DNA of 64,000 nt, taken from a virus. The DNA lies in IMG/VR virus record IMGVR_UViG_3300027861_004304, positions 7,938-71,937 of that record, one strand, 5' to 3'. The position numbers and the translations under genes were made by a program. This document shows, one piece after another, positions 19,726-30,269 of this stretch. A model generated the notes under the pieces. The model saw only the letters and a list, made by a program, of their open reading frames with translations, was not told the DNA's origin and did not search any database. Position 1 is the first letter of the stretch. Every line of letters begins with the position of its first letter.

Positions 19726-21202
19726 TTAAACTCTCAATCCTAAATTTCCAAAGGTATGGCTGCTCAACATAAGAAGTTTCATCATAAAAGGCAACTTTTA
19801 TACCATAAGAATAGCCTGATTGTAGAATTCCCATGTCAAAATCAAAATAATTTCCACTCACATCGTAAGACATTTGTGTATAATTATCGCTGGATGTTCC
19901 ATAGGGAACGATAGATAAATCATCAACTATTCTAAAGATCTGGTACGAAGCACTCTCAATTATCGAAGTTTCTATATTTGAATTTGCTACAGTATAAATA
20001 GTAGGAGACCAATTTTTTTGCCGGGAGTAAAGTCTAAGTCGGACTTGCTCGTCCTTGGTATAAGACGGTTTAAGATTCGTAATATTGACAACATATTTTG
20101 GATTTGGATTATAAGCTGACGCAGCGTGTGATTTAACGCTTATCGTTCCCGTGTGATAGCAGGTTGCAAGCCCAGAGTCGTACCAGCGGTCGTAAACGGT
20201 CGTTAGCGCGGTTTCCAAGGCGAAGGAGGCCGAATACACCCCCGTTGAAACAAAGCCCCCTGTGACGGTTGTAGGAGTTAAATCTGTTCCAGCCGATGAT
20301 GAATCAAAGACTTTAACGTAGATTTCTCCGGTTCCCACTCCTGGGATATTTTTCAGTTTTCCACCGAAAATGTTATAGAGGTAAATTGTGTGAATATTAT
20401 CCGCTGCCGACAACAAAGAACTGCTCGCATAGAAATTTCCCCTGTCGTCTTTGAGAGCCGAATCCCAGCGCGCTTCAATATACGGGCGCTTGTAATAAAA
20501 TTCGGAATTTCTGCCAAAAAACTTCTTGGTATAAAAGCTGTATTGAGATCCACTTAAATTATTAAGTTCTCCGTCTGCTGAGTCAGCAGCAAATGAGCCT
20601 GAATAATATGCCTCTTGAGTTCCGGTCAAATGAACTCCGAATCCATAGTTGTCTTTTGTTCCCGCAACCCATTCTTCAATTAAGGGTGTTACATCAACCT
20701 CTAAATCCTCAATTCCTTTGTCAAAGTAATTGGTATAAATTGGAGAGGCGTGATAATCTCCACCCATTCTTGTCCACGCCGTCGTTTGAGATGCCGACAT
20801 CCAAGTCGAACCTTCGTTGTTTGGATATACAATGTCTGTATATCCATCCATGTCGAGGCCGAAGCCTTCCTCCCAAGATCGAGAGACCGCTGAAATATTC
20901 ATTGTAAATTTGCGGGGGACGGTTTGCGAGTGTCTTGCGTTTGACATTTTTAAATAGAATGAAACTCCGCCGGCGCTTGGCAAATCTCCGGTGGATCTGT
21001 CTGTGGTGATTTCCGAAATTGGGAATTTTATTAGGATTCTCTCCAATTCGGTTGATCCGGAAGAGGCTTGCCCATAAACAGAGAACACCTCTAGAACATC
21101 AGATGCTCCCATATTCGCGTTTGTTCCTCGGCTTGTCAAGCTTGGGCGAAATGCGTTTGTTATGGTGTTGTCTGCGTCTGAAAAATATCTCTTAATTGCC
21201 AT
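19715..21202 (-). CDS. Virion structural protein (DNRLRE-like N-terminal domain)
   Basis: 495 aa; DADNTI...ERILIKF...SWEEG...GGDY...DVTPLIEEWVAG...NYGF...RPYIE pattern; directly follows the gp6-like gene. Confidence 0.6.
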   Translation of the reverse strand: MAIKRYFSDADNTITNAFRPSLTSRGTNANMGASDVLEVFSVYGQASSGSTELERILIKFPISEITTDRSTGDLPSAGGVSFYLKMSNARHSQTVPRKFTMNISAVSRSWEEGFGLDMDGYTDIVYPNNEGSTWMSASQTTAWTRMGGDYHASPIYTNYFDKGIEDLEVDVTPLIEEWVAGTKDNYGFGVHLTGTQEAYYSGSFAADSADGELNNLSGSQYSFYTKKFFGRNSEFYYKRPYIEARWDSALKDDRGNFYASSSLLSAADNIHTIYLYNIFGGKLKNIPGVGTGEIYVKVFDSSSAGTDLTPTTVTGGFVSTGVYSASFALETALTTVYDRWYDSGLATCYHTGTISVKSHAASAYNPNPKYVVNITNLKPSYTKDEQVRLRLYSRQKNWSPTIYTVANSNIETSIIESASYQIFRIVDDLSIVPYGTSSDNYTQMSYDVSGNYFDFDMGILQSGYSYGIKVAFYDETSYVEQPYLWKFRIESLNEY

Positions 21203-22998
21203 TATGTAACTGCTCCCATGATATCTACGGATGGAAATCTAATTTCAAATGCCACATTGTCTGGAGCAGAAACGTATCTTCCATCTGGGGACATCAATTG
21301 ATCGATGCTGACGTAAACGTCAGAGTAAGATCCGCCATTCTTTGCGACAATTTTAACCTTCGTTACGTCAATGACTCCAACAACATCGTTTAAGTAATTA
21401 TAGACGTCCGTTATGTACATAGGTTCGCCAATAAGCAGAGGTTCTGAAAATTTAGATGCCAATAGGCTGACACACTCAGTTAAAATATCGTATTTATTGT
21501 AGTTTAGGTCATGAATTATCTCGAATTCGATTCCAAGGTTCACAACGTGAGCGTCTAAAATATCAACTGTATCATTAATCATCTTGTTTCTGTTCAGCCA
21601 TGTTCTCAAATTCTTTTTCAATGTAGAGCTAGCTTGGGTCAGATAGCCACTTGCGCTCTCTGATAATATATATAAATTTAAATTTCTCTTAAACGCGCTG
21701 GAATCTTGGTGAATGTTGCACCTCTTTACTGCGCCAAATTTGTGAGGCATTCTGTAAATCATAGCCTGATAGTCTTCCCTCGTTACAGCACGGTTTTGAG
21801 TCGCGAAGTAATCAATGGATCGCTGCCGAATCTCTTCGGATGATGGCGCAGAAACATCGCCGACGAGCGGCTCTGGGTTTATAATTTCTATTGAATTTCG
21901 AACCGAAACTACATTTGAAGAAATTAAACTTGAAAGATTTCGGAATGACCATAGTGCCGATGTCATCTGAGTTACCGTATTGGCAGCAGCATTGACGTTA
22001 TCGCTTGTGTTGACTCTATATGCGACTGTTAGCGTTGTATTCGTTGGCGAAATTCCGAATTTATCAGAAAAAATCAATTTTGATGGATCGAAGCTTTCTT
22101 CGCTTATGTAATTTTTTGCGTGAAATTGTAAGACGACGTTCGATGGATCTACCGGGGAGGCCTCGGCGATCTCACTATCTGATCCGTATCCAAATTGCAG
22201 AAAAGAGATAGAACCGATAGTTTCCACCGTAAATCTTCTTGGAACAGAATATGGCCTCAAAATAGACGGCACCACATTGCTATCTGCGGCTCGGTTTATG
22301 ACGTCTCTGTAAATTACGTCTTGAGACAGGTTTTCAACTTCGTAATATTCATTTCCCTCGGAGTCGAAAACGCTAATAACTTCGGCGGTGCGCGGAATTG
22401 AAAGCGCTAGTTTTCTAAATCTTTTATATTCCCCGACCGTAAAGGTTTCTTGCACAAATTTGCCTGAAATTATCTTGCCAGGAGCTTTTACTGCATAACT
22501 TGTCGGGACGCCGGTTGCCGAATTTATTCTAGCTGCGACAACCTCGTTCTGTGGATTTGAAAAATTAATATCGCTGTTCACAATAAAACTTCCACCTCCA
22601 GCCGAGGAGCAAGTGCTTCCTCTTTTGAGAATCGGGAGATAAGCTGAATCTGGACCCAACCCTTGAGCATTCGCTGGGACAATTATGAAAAAATTAACAA
22701 GACCTTCGGTGCTTGGGACTCCCTGATTTTTGTATCCCTGTTGGCGTGCTAAACGAATTACGTTATTATATTCGGCGGCTGAGTCAAGGAAGGACTCGTT
22801 CACTTGATAGTCCAAGTAAAAAGACAAGATATCTCCGACATAAGACACGGTATCCACCATCAATGACCCGAAAGATGCTTCACTAAAATCTCTATAAGAT
22901 TCTGGATAATATCTTTTCACGTATTCAAGCAAGTCTTCGCGAATTGAGGCGAAGTCTCTGCTTGTATACCTGACTGGTGTTCTTTTTTTATTGGCCAT
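21202..22998 (-). CDS. gp6: Baseplate wedge protein (T4 gp6 / baseplate-J-like)
   Basis: YTSRDFASIREDLLEYVKRYYP...DFSEASFG...SYVGDILSFYLD...ESFLDSA and C-terminal QNRAVTREDY motifs. Confidence 0.9.
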   Translation of the reverse strand: MANKKRTPVRYTSRDFASIREDLLEYVKRYYPESYRDFSEASFGSLMVDTVSYVGDILSFYLDYQVNESFLDSAAEYNNVIRLARQQGYKNQGVPSTEGLVNFFIIVPANAQGLGPDSAYLPILKRGSTCSSAGGGSFIVNSDINFSNPQNEVVAARINSATGVPTSYAVKAPGKIISGKFVQETFTVGEYKRFRKLALSIPRTAEVISVFDSEGNEYYEVENLSQDVIYRDVINRAADSNVVPSILRPYSVPRRFTVETIGSISFLQFGYGSDSEIAEASPVDPSNVVLQFHAKNYISEESFDPSKLIFSDKFGISPTNTTLTVAYRVNTSDNVNAAANTVTQMTSALWSFRNLSSLISSNVVSVRNSIEIINPEPLVGDVSAPSSEEIRQRSIDYFATQNRAVTREDYQAMIYRMPHKFGAVKRCNIHQDSSAFKRNLNLYILSESASGYLTQASSTLKKNLRTWLNRNKMINDTVDILDAHVVNLGIEFEIIHDLNYNKYDILTECVSLLASKFSEPLLIGEPMYITDVYNYLNDVVGVIDVTKVKIVAKNGGSYSDVYVSIDQLMSPDGRYVSAPDNVAFEIRFPSVDIMGAVT

Positions 22999-23024
22999 TT
23001 ATTGTGATTCCTTCATCTGTGCTT

Positions 23025-23432
23025 TTAAGTAAATAGCGGCAAAGTCAAAACATTTACCGAATCAAGAGCAAGTATTTTAAAAAGAATTTGTATATACATC
23101 GCGTTTGCGTCGGCAATCGTTAATTGATCTGATGCCTCGTTTGACCCGCCAGAAAATCTGATGTCCAAGACCTGAATTGAACTCATATATTTTGCGGCTT
23201 GTTGTTGGATTCTTTCTGTAATCTCTTGCTGAATTCCCCCATTATCCAATTCAAATAAATATTGTTTTATTCCCACGCCAAAGCCTGGATCCATCATTTT
23301 TTCACCAGGGTTTGTCAAGATAAGGTGCTTAAAGTTTTGTGTTATCGCTTCTTTAATTGTTTTTGTCAGGCGATAAGGGCCATCTAGCTGATCATAATCT
23401 AGGGGTAATGCTGGTGATATTCCTATGGCCAT
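23025..23432 (-). CDS. gp25: Baseplate wedge subunit (T4 gp25 / GPW family)
   Basis: QNFKHLILTNPGEKMMDPGFGVGIKQYLFE signature; adjacent to the gp6-like gene. Confidence 0.9.
   Translation of the reverse strand: MAIGISPALPLDYDQLDGPYRLTKTIKEAITQNFKHLILTNPGEKMMDPGFGVGIKQYLFELDNGGIQQEITERIQQQAAKYMSSIQVLDIRFSGGSNEASDQLTIADANAMYIQILFKILALDSVNVLTLPLFT
23030..23037 (-). promoter_or_regulatory. Candidate late promoter variant GCTATTTA within the gp25 3' end
   Basis: One-mismatch copy of the motif, 31 nt upstream of the gp6-like start. Confidence 0.35.
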
Positions 23433-26400
23433 TTAGTCATCCTCCTCTTCGCAGAGTTCGGCGGGCTTTGGAACTTGTAGCCTCCTTTGCCACCATTTAA
23501 TGTCCTTGTTGCTTGGAAGTTTTCTCTTAACTCTGAGTTTTTTTCTTGATTTTTCTTCATTTGTTTCTTCTTCTTCGTCCCTATATGATGCGTCTCTTGA
23601 ATTATAAAATCCCTCGAAAAGCCTTCTTAAATTCTTTCTTGTCTTCTTAAAATCAGGTTCCTTACTCCACCTCTTGAATTGGCTTCCTTTTTTTCCTCCG
23701 GGTCGTGGGTCGTCGTCTTTGTCAAGCCACTCGCTCCCAATCGACAACAGAAATGTCTCTATAACATAAATAGTTACAAATGAAAGTAAAGATGGCAAAG
23801 GAAGGCAATATTTAAAAAGAGTTTTATATTCCGGAGTTCCTATCAATTCAGAGATCATGCAGTTGAGGTCATACTCACCTATCAATGATTCGTTTAAAAT
23901 TTCATCACGACTTATTGGCACTTCGGCGATGGCGACTGGGACTACATATTTTCTGCTATCCTGACCTGATCCGAATTTTAATGATTTGATTTCCAAAACG
24001 TCAGCGTCAGAAATTGATGCATCAAAAGTCGCTGGATCTGGAATAAAATCATCTGGCATAATCATGGAAAGTCTCAAACCATAGCTCCATTCCCGATAAT
24101 TGTTTGATATAGGTACTCCTGCGGTTTTTTTACCTTGTTTTTGCAAAAAATCTTTCCAATAATCTAATCCGAAAATTTGAGGCCCAGGAGTAGAAGTGAA
24201 AGGTCCTGCAGGGTTATACTCTACTTTTATATATTTTTCTAGAATAAAGGGGAAAAATCCCTTCCCATATTCATCTGGAGTCAGTTCGTTGGCAATTTGG
24301 ATGATATCGATCGTTTCATCGTCACTGTCATTGAGCGGATCTTCTGAAACATCATCTGGCCCGCCGTCTTCAACTGCGCCTTTGGCCATCCATTCGCGTG
24401 ATCCCAAAACCCAACTCTCCAAATTGGAGACAGAGGGATCAAGAACTTCATTAAAAAGTTTTCCCACTTCAATTAGTTGCTGGGCAATATAATGATTTAA
24501 CAGAATTAAACATTCAGGCTCAACCGTTCGTATATAATAAAAGTACCAGTCCCTTCTTGTCCTCTTGGGTACTCCAATTCCGGATTCAAAAAATCCAAGG
24601 AATTGACGAGGAGGCCAGGTCTCTTGCACTGAATTGATTTTTTCCATGGCGTCAAGCTGCGCCTGAGTTGGCATAATTTCCCCTATGTCAACCTTCTTTC
24701 CAAAATTTTGAACCACCTCTTCTAAAAATGTATAATAATATCTTTCTTTACTGACTGGTTTTCTAAAATTTAATCCCGTATCCAACATTCCTTTTCTCAT
24801 TTTTGTGGCGATATAAGCAAGCAAGGTATCGTCATAAACATCTGGAAATTTTGGATTAAACATTGAAAACGACGGAAGGCCCGCCAAAAGAGCCTCTAGA
24901 ACATAAAGGCGCACTGTTGCCATAATTGCGCCATCTGTGCCGGCCAGGGAAGCGCGGGGCATCGCTCTGTCAAAAGGTCTTTCTGTGCCAATGGTACAAG
25001 CAGCGGGGAACTGCATGCGCGGGTCATCTTTAAGTTTGCTGTTATATTCGCCGGTTTGTTCTGCAATAGAATTGAAACTTGTAATTGATTTAGTTGTGCA
25101 ACCATCAGCAGGCGGTAATATTTTATCGTACAACGATATCATGCCAGTATGAACTGCGGGCTCAACATAGAAGGCGGGGTTCTTCGCCGTACCTCCGTAA
25201 ATTGTGTGATCTAACTTTACAATTGTATCTTCGGCATTTTCATCATATCCAAAGCTAAATGCTCTCGAGTTTTGTGAAATTTTAAGCGCGAACTTCTCAA
25301 CGATCTTGTTGGTTAAATATTCGAACATGGTTGTTCTAAAATATTCTTCGATGTCGGACGATTGATCGGTGGTATATTGAGCCCAACTGTCAGCAATAAG
25401 TTTTCCAAAAATATAGGCCTGATTTGGCACGTCGGTGGCGTTATTCGGAGAGACGGGTGAAGAACCGCCGAGAGATTCAATTTTATCAACAATAGACGAG
25501 CCCGGTGCTCCAGACGTGATTGTGTTATAAGAGTGAATGGCATCAAATTCAACGGGTGGGCCATATCCGTCGTCTGTTGAATAAAATTTTATATTTATTC
25601 TTGTGTCATCATCTTTTTGATAATTGTATTCAAATGTTATTTCTTTTGGTTTATCAGGGCCGAGGAGTTTATTGGCTTCGTCAAAGCTTGTGAATATTAA
25701 AGTTAAATTTGGATCTTTTGCGTTCCCAAATTCAACTTCCAGTGGATTATCGGAGGCGGCGGCGTCACCGGACAATATATCTCGAAGCCACGGGGCAACT
25801 TCATCCGGGTAGGTTCCGAAGGGGGCATTGGCGAACCAAGACTTACCATTAACCGGCTTGGAGGGCCCCTCGATATCTGCGTGACTACCAAGGGGCCCCA
25901 AATCTGAACCAAATGGCTGCCCAAACCGGTTAACCCAAAACTCATTATGCATTTTAAATCCAGCGCCTTTCGTGTCCGCCAGCATCATATTTAACATTCC
26001 GTCCTTCGTGGCCAACTCTGTTATAAATGAGATGTTGATAACCTCGTAATTGGAATCAAAAAAGTCCTGCGTAAGTTGTTTCGTCTCTGGATCTTCGGCT
26101 GGATAAATCCCCTCTTCCGGACAAAGGAGGCCTCCCTCTGTGTCAATATCTCCAAAATAATTCTCATTTAAAACATTCGCCAGATCATCAAAATCACACT
26201 TGGCGCGGTCTTTTAGTTTATCCAGTTGATCCTGACATTCAGCATCGGTAAGTCCCTTTTCTTTCAATAATGAACATCGCAAATCATCAAAATCTTTTTC
26301 GCAGATTGACGGACAAATAGGTTTGTCTGCCGAGGCTGCTATTCTATTTCGAAGGGCTCCTCTGTCGAACACTCTCCCCAAACCAACAAACAGATTTCTT

Positions 26401-29400
26401 ATGTCATCGTCTGTGGCAAGTACGGCGGCAAGATTTGGTATGCCATTGACAATTTGTCTGGCATATGCGACGGCTTGATCGGATGGGCGACCATCGAGAA
26501 AGTCAAGTAATTCTTGCTGTGTGAGGATCGCAGAGATGCCGTCCATAAAGACACCCATATCATCGTCTGTTGGCTTAGGAACGCCAGGAAGGCCCAAAGA
26601 ACCCAGCGAATCGTTAAGTTTGTTTAGGGCGCTGTTAAGTTCGGCGTCGTTGAGACTGTCGCCACAGAGATTGTTGGCTACAACACTCCTAAAATCAGAT
26701 CCTCCGATCAAATCTTTCGTTATGCCGGCTGTATCCTTTAAGATCTCACAGCTAGCATTTGCTAAAACTTTAAGTATTTTACTCAGAATTAGAGTCATCG
26801 CTTTCGCGACCAAGGCTTCAAGTGCTTCTTCGGCCGCCTCTATTAGAATTGTCTTTATATCTCCCAGAAAAGGTCTAACTGGGAATTTTGGAATCACAGG
26901 AAGTGTTATCGCGTAATGTCCTGCGCAGAAATCCAACTCCAATGTTTTTAAAATGTCATCGAGTGGTGGCGAAAAGAGAGGCGGAAGAGGGCAATCCAGA
27001 ACTCCGGTTACAGTATCTTTGAGAAGTGCGGCTCCTGGGATTTTATTTATACTCTCCATGAACGATTTACTCGAAATTACATTATTTTCTATTGATTCGA
27101 GCATTGCGTCTCTTAGAGCCTCAATGGTATTGTCTTGAACCCGGTCGAGTGCTGTACCAACAGAGCCAGCATGAGCAAATGGGCCAGCAAAGGAGCGTGG
27201 TCCGAGGCCAGGAACGGGCGCTACGCCCGTGGGGCTCGTAATTATGACTTGATTTCCATCCTTATCTAATATTGGATTTCCGTCACCATCAGTTAGCGGC
27301 ATATCCGTAAATGATTTGAATTTTTCTTTCTGTTCTTCTATCGTTGTCTTTGATCTTGCAACAAATCTCTTTAAATTACCCTCCGGTGTATCTCCGCTAG
27401 AATCTGGAGTTTTGGCTAGCCGTTCAGCTTGAGTTTCCTCTTTTCCCGTTAAATAATCCGTAGAATATTTAACTCCGGCACCCTGATAACTTCCAGGCCT
27501 ATATCCGGCCTCCCAGGGGAGCGGAAGAGAGGTGACTTGAAATACCGAGTCTCTAACAATCTGCTTAAGTACCGGATTAAATGTGAAGAAGATACCTTGT
27601 AGTTCTTTTTCCGTGGCATTCTGTATAAAAGCTTTTACAAGCATCTCCATGGAGAGTTCTATGTCCAAACCCTTCAAAATACACTTCAAAGCGGCTGAAA
27701 CAATGGATGCAAGACCGCAAACACCCAATTTGTCTAATATTTCCGTATAAAGTTCTTTGAGATTCCCGACTTCTTTTATAGTTTCGGGTAAATTTTCCAG
27801 AAGAAGGTCGCCTGCAAAGATTTCACGCAACTTAGCGTCAGCAAATCTCTGTTTGACGTCTTCAAGGGCGTTGTATTTTTCGTCCTGGCGCTCTTTTCCT
27901 TCTAAGGTTAAGCATGTTTCTTCGCCGATAGCGGCAGCGTACAGCTTTGGAAACGATAGAGCGGTACCCAGAACCTCAGATCCAAGAATGAGTGCAGGTC
28001 TTGTTAAATTAGCGGCCAGTTCGGCTGCATTACAGTCATTTTCATCGATAAACGCCTGCGTCATTGTCAATTCTTGACCTATATTCTCCGCGATTGGGGG
28101 GAAATAGTAAGTTTTCATGAACAAATCAACTGCTGGAGGTGCATCGGAGGTGACGCTGTCATACATTGATGGTATGTTGGCTACAAACGCCAGAGTTGTG
28201 GGGTGATTGGTTACGGATTTACTAGAAAAACTAAACCATCCTGGGCCGCCATCAATTCCGTTTGTGTTATTGCCAAGTTCTATTGCTTCACATCCGAAGT
28301 TGTTGGCTTTTATGTACTCAATTCCCTTATATTCTTCTTTAAAAGCTATTTCTACTGCTTCCAAGACACCGTTTTTCTTTCTAGTGGGGTTAAATTTAAA
28401 GTCTTGGTGGCGGAGCAAGTCTATCAATTCTTTTTTGAACTCTCTTAGACGCTGTGCTTCCTTTTTTAACAAAGTTCCCTTTGGTAATCCTGAAAATTGA
28501 CCTTTATAGGTCTCTATTTCTACTTGAACGGCGTATTTTCTGCCTATTGCTCGACTTACTAGGTTAAACATTGAACCTCTGCCGCGAATATCGGCGCCAG
28601 TTAAAACAACGTTCAGGGGAAAGTCTGCAGAATCCTCTGGTGGCTTGGGGGGTTTGTTTTCAACTTCAAAGACAACGCCAAATGGAAGTTTTACTAAAAC
28701 CTTTATTTTTGCTAGATTTCTAAAGCCAACAAAATAGTCTGTTGTGGCTTCGGAAATGAGAGATTGAATAGAGGTTTCCGATGATTCTTTTCCCAGCGAA
28801 TCTAAAATTAACGCTATTCCTGGGGAAAGATACTCACTCATTATGGTATCGATGCTTTCCCCATCCAATTTTTCATATTCGGTGTTTATTGGTACCCAGT
28901 ATTCACAAGTTCCTTCATTCAAGAAAGTAATATTAATCGGAGAAGTGGTCCAGTCAATTGGATCACAATCTTTTGGGATACAGGGAGGGGGACATTCTGT
29001 GATCGGGGGAGTGTAACACTCGATTGGTACTCCACAAGGGCCTTTTTCACCGCAATCGCCTGGATCAAAGAAATCATATTTAAGTTCGCCGCAGCCTTGT
29101 GCGGCTTCTGCTGCCTCGATGAAGCTTTTCCAAAAATTTAAAACATATTGGTATAGGCCATGGCCGGCTTGGGTACCAACAAATGCGCCACCAGAGGACT
29201 TTACATCTTCATCCAAGGCGCCGGCGCCGAAGACGGATGCGTTCACTTCAAAAACATTATTATTTTCCCAATCGGACTCATAGTTTTTAAGATCTGCCTC
29301 GTTGTCATCAATAAATGCTTTCAAATCCGCAATCATTTCACAAGAAAAAGACAAGAAAAATTCTCTCAAATCCTCAAGAGTGAGCGAAAAGCCTTCAAAA

Positions 29401-30266
29401 TAAAATGGCAGAATTGACTGGTACCATTCCAGTCTGGCGGTATTCCACTGCTTTCCCGCCTCAATGGTGATCTGATGTGTTCCGCCGCCAGAGACTTTGA
29501 CTGGGACGTCAAAGATCTCATCGGCAAGTGGGTGGTCGAACATTTTTGCAAACGACGCGTTTTTAGCCGCTTCGGGTTCAACATGATCTTTAAACAGACC
29601 TGCGACCATATTTGAGAATGGAGAAAATAAATAAAATTGTGTTGGCTCCAAAGTGGTTGAGGGAGAGTCAACATAGGGAGCAAAAAGTTCAGCATTTGGA
29701 TCAAACAATCTTTGAAGAGCGATTCCATAAAAGTAAAAAAGATCAAAATCAGTATAAGCGCTGGTGGTACCATTCGTGATACTACTATTTACATTAATCC
29801 AGATTACTTCAGAAGAGTCACTAATAGAAGAATAAAGCTCCTTCATAAAAAAGTCTTTGGCAAAATCTGTGTTAATTGCCGGAGGATTGACTCCCCCAAG
29901 AGCTTCGTGGGATTTGCCATTATATGCACCAACTGTATTCCTCAAATAATTAAGGTTATATTGCAGCATATTGCTAAAATCTGCTGCTGGCGGGCTGCTG
30001 ATACCTATTGTTTCGTCAAAATAATAATTGCCGGGCACCGGAACATTCGAGTTGGGCTCTGTGAACAACTGATTCGACCACTGAGCTTCCTTTTTCGGGC
30101 GATCTATTGAATTTCTGACATAATCTATCTGGTTCTGGTCGAGATCAAACGAGCCAACAATTGCGTCATCTGCGTTATCTTTACTAAAAATTTTATCCTT
30201 CACTTTTGCTAAGGCAAAGGGCATAACTAATGATAATTGTTGATAAGCGTCGTCGTAACTAGCCAT
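23433..30266 (-). CDS. Very large acidic hypothetical protein (probable baseplate/tail component)
   Basis: 2277 aa between the spike-like and gp25-like genes; largely helical character; Cys/Pro cluster near aa 390-435. Confidence 0.5.
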   Translation of the reverse strand: MASYDDAYQQLSLVMPFALAKVKDKIFSKDNADDAIVGSFDLDQNQIDYVRNSIDRPKKEAQWSNQLFTEPNSNVPVPGNYYFDETIGISSPPAADFSNMLQYNLNYLRNTVGAYNGKSHEALGGVNPPAINTDFAKDFFMKELYSSISDSSEVIWINVNSSITNGTTSAYTDFDLFYFYGIALQRLFDPNAELFAPYVDSPSTTLEPTQFYLFSPFSNMVAGLFKDHVEPEAAKNASFAKMFDHPLADEIFDVPVKVSGGGTHQITIEAGKQWNTARLEWYQSILPFYFEGFSLTLEDLREFFLSFSCEMIADLKAFIDDNEADLKNYESDWENNNVFEVNASVFGAGALDEDVKSSGGAFVGTQAGHGLYQYVLNFWKSFIEAAEAAQGCGELKYDFFDPGDCGEKGPCGVPIECYTPPITECPPPCIPKDCDPIDWTTSPINITFLNEGTCEYWVPINTEYEKLDGESIDTIMSEYLSPGIALILDSLGKESSETSIQSLISEATTDYFVGFRNLAKIKVLVKLPFGVVFEVENKPPKPPEDSADFPLNVVLTGADIRGRGSMFNLVSRAIGRKYAVQVEIETYKGQFSGLPKGTLLKKEAQRLREFKKELIDLLRHQDFKFNPTRKKNGVLEAVEIAFKEEYKGIEYIKANNFGCEAIELGNNTNGIDGGPGWFSFSSKSVTNHPTTLAFVANIPSMYDSVTSDAPPAVDLFMKTYYFPPIAENIGQELTMTQAFIDENDCNAAELAANLTRPALILGSEVLGTALSFPKLYAAAIGEETCLTLEGKERQDEKYNALEDVKQRFADAKLREIFAGDLLLENLPETIKEVGNLKELYTEILDKLGVCGLASIVSAALKCILKGLDIELSMEMLVKAFIQNATEKELQGIFFTFNPVLKQIVRDSVFQVTSLPLPWEAGYRPGSYQGAGVKYSTDYLTGKEETQAERLAKTPDSSGDTPEGNLKRFVARSKTTIEEQKEKFKSFTDMPLTDGDGNPILDKDGNQVIITSPTGVAPVPGLGPRSFAGPFAHAGSVGTALDRVQDNTIEALRDAMLESIENNVISSKSFMESINKIPGAALLKDTVTGVLDCPLPPLFSPPLDDILKTLELDFCAGHYAITLPVIPKFPVRPFLGDIKTILIEAAEEALEALVAKAMTLILSKILKVLANASCEILKDTAGITKDLIGGSDFRSVVANNLCGDSLNDAELNSALNKLNDSLGSLGLPGVPKPTDDDMGVFMDGISAILTQQELLDFLDGRPSDQAVAYARQIVNGIPNLAAVLATDDDIRNLFVGLGRVFDRGALRNRIAASADKPICPSICEKDFDDLRCSLLKEKGLTDAECQDQLDKLKDRAKCDFDDLANVLNENYFGDIDTEGGLLCPEEGIYPAEDPETKQLTQDFFDSNYEVINISFITELATKDGMLNMMLADTKGAGFKMHNEFWVNRFGQPFGSDLGPLGSHADIEGPSKPVNGKSWFANAPFGTYPDEVAPWLRDILSGDAAASDNPLEVEFGNAKDPNLTLIFTSFDEANKLLGPDKPKEITFEYNYQKDDDTRINIKFYSTDDGYGPPVEFDAIHSYNTITSGAPGSSIVDKIESLGGSSPVSPNNATDVPNQAYIFGKLIADSWAQYTTDQSSDIEEYFRTTMFEYLTNKIVEKFALKISQNSRAFSFGYDENAEDTIVKLDHTIYGGTAKNPAFYVEPAVHTGMISLYDKILPPADGCTTKSITSFNSIAEQTGEYNSKLKDDPRMQFPAACTIGTERPFDRAMPRASLAGTDGAIMATVRLYVLEALLAGLPSFSMFNPKFPDVYDDTLLAYIATKMRKGMLDTGLNFRKPVSKERYYYTFLEEVVQNFGKKVDIGEIMPTQAQLDAMEKINSVQETWPPRQFLGFFESGIGVPKRTRRDWYFYYIRTVEPECLILLNHYIAQQLIEVGKLFNEVLDPSVSNLESWVLGSREWMAKGAVEDGGPDDVSEDPLNDSDDETIDIIQIANELTPDEYGKGFFPFILEKYIKVEYNPAGPFTSTPGPQIFGLDYWKDFLQKQGKKTAGVPISNNYREWSYGLRLSMIMPDDFIPDPATFDASISDADVLEIKSLKFGSGQDSRKYVVPVAIAEVPISRDEILNESLIGEYDLNCMISELIGTPEYKTLFKYCLPLPSLLSFVTIYVIETFLLSIGSEWLDKDDDPRPGGKKGSQFKRWSKEPDFKKTRKNLRRLFEGFYNSRDASYRDEEEETNEEKSRKKLRVKRKLPSNKDIKWWQRRLQVPKPAELCEEEDD

Positions 30267-30269
30267 TTT

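Noticed and set aside
8881-30266. Inteins or introns explaining the giant ORFs
   Set aside because: No LAGLIDADG or HN-(C/S/T) splice motifs recognised and no ORF interruptions; cannot be fully excluded without an HMM search
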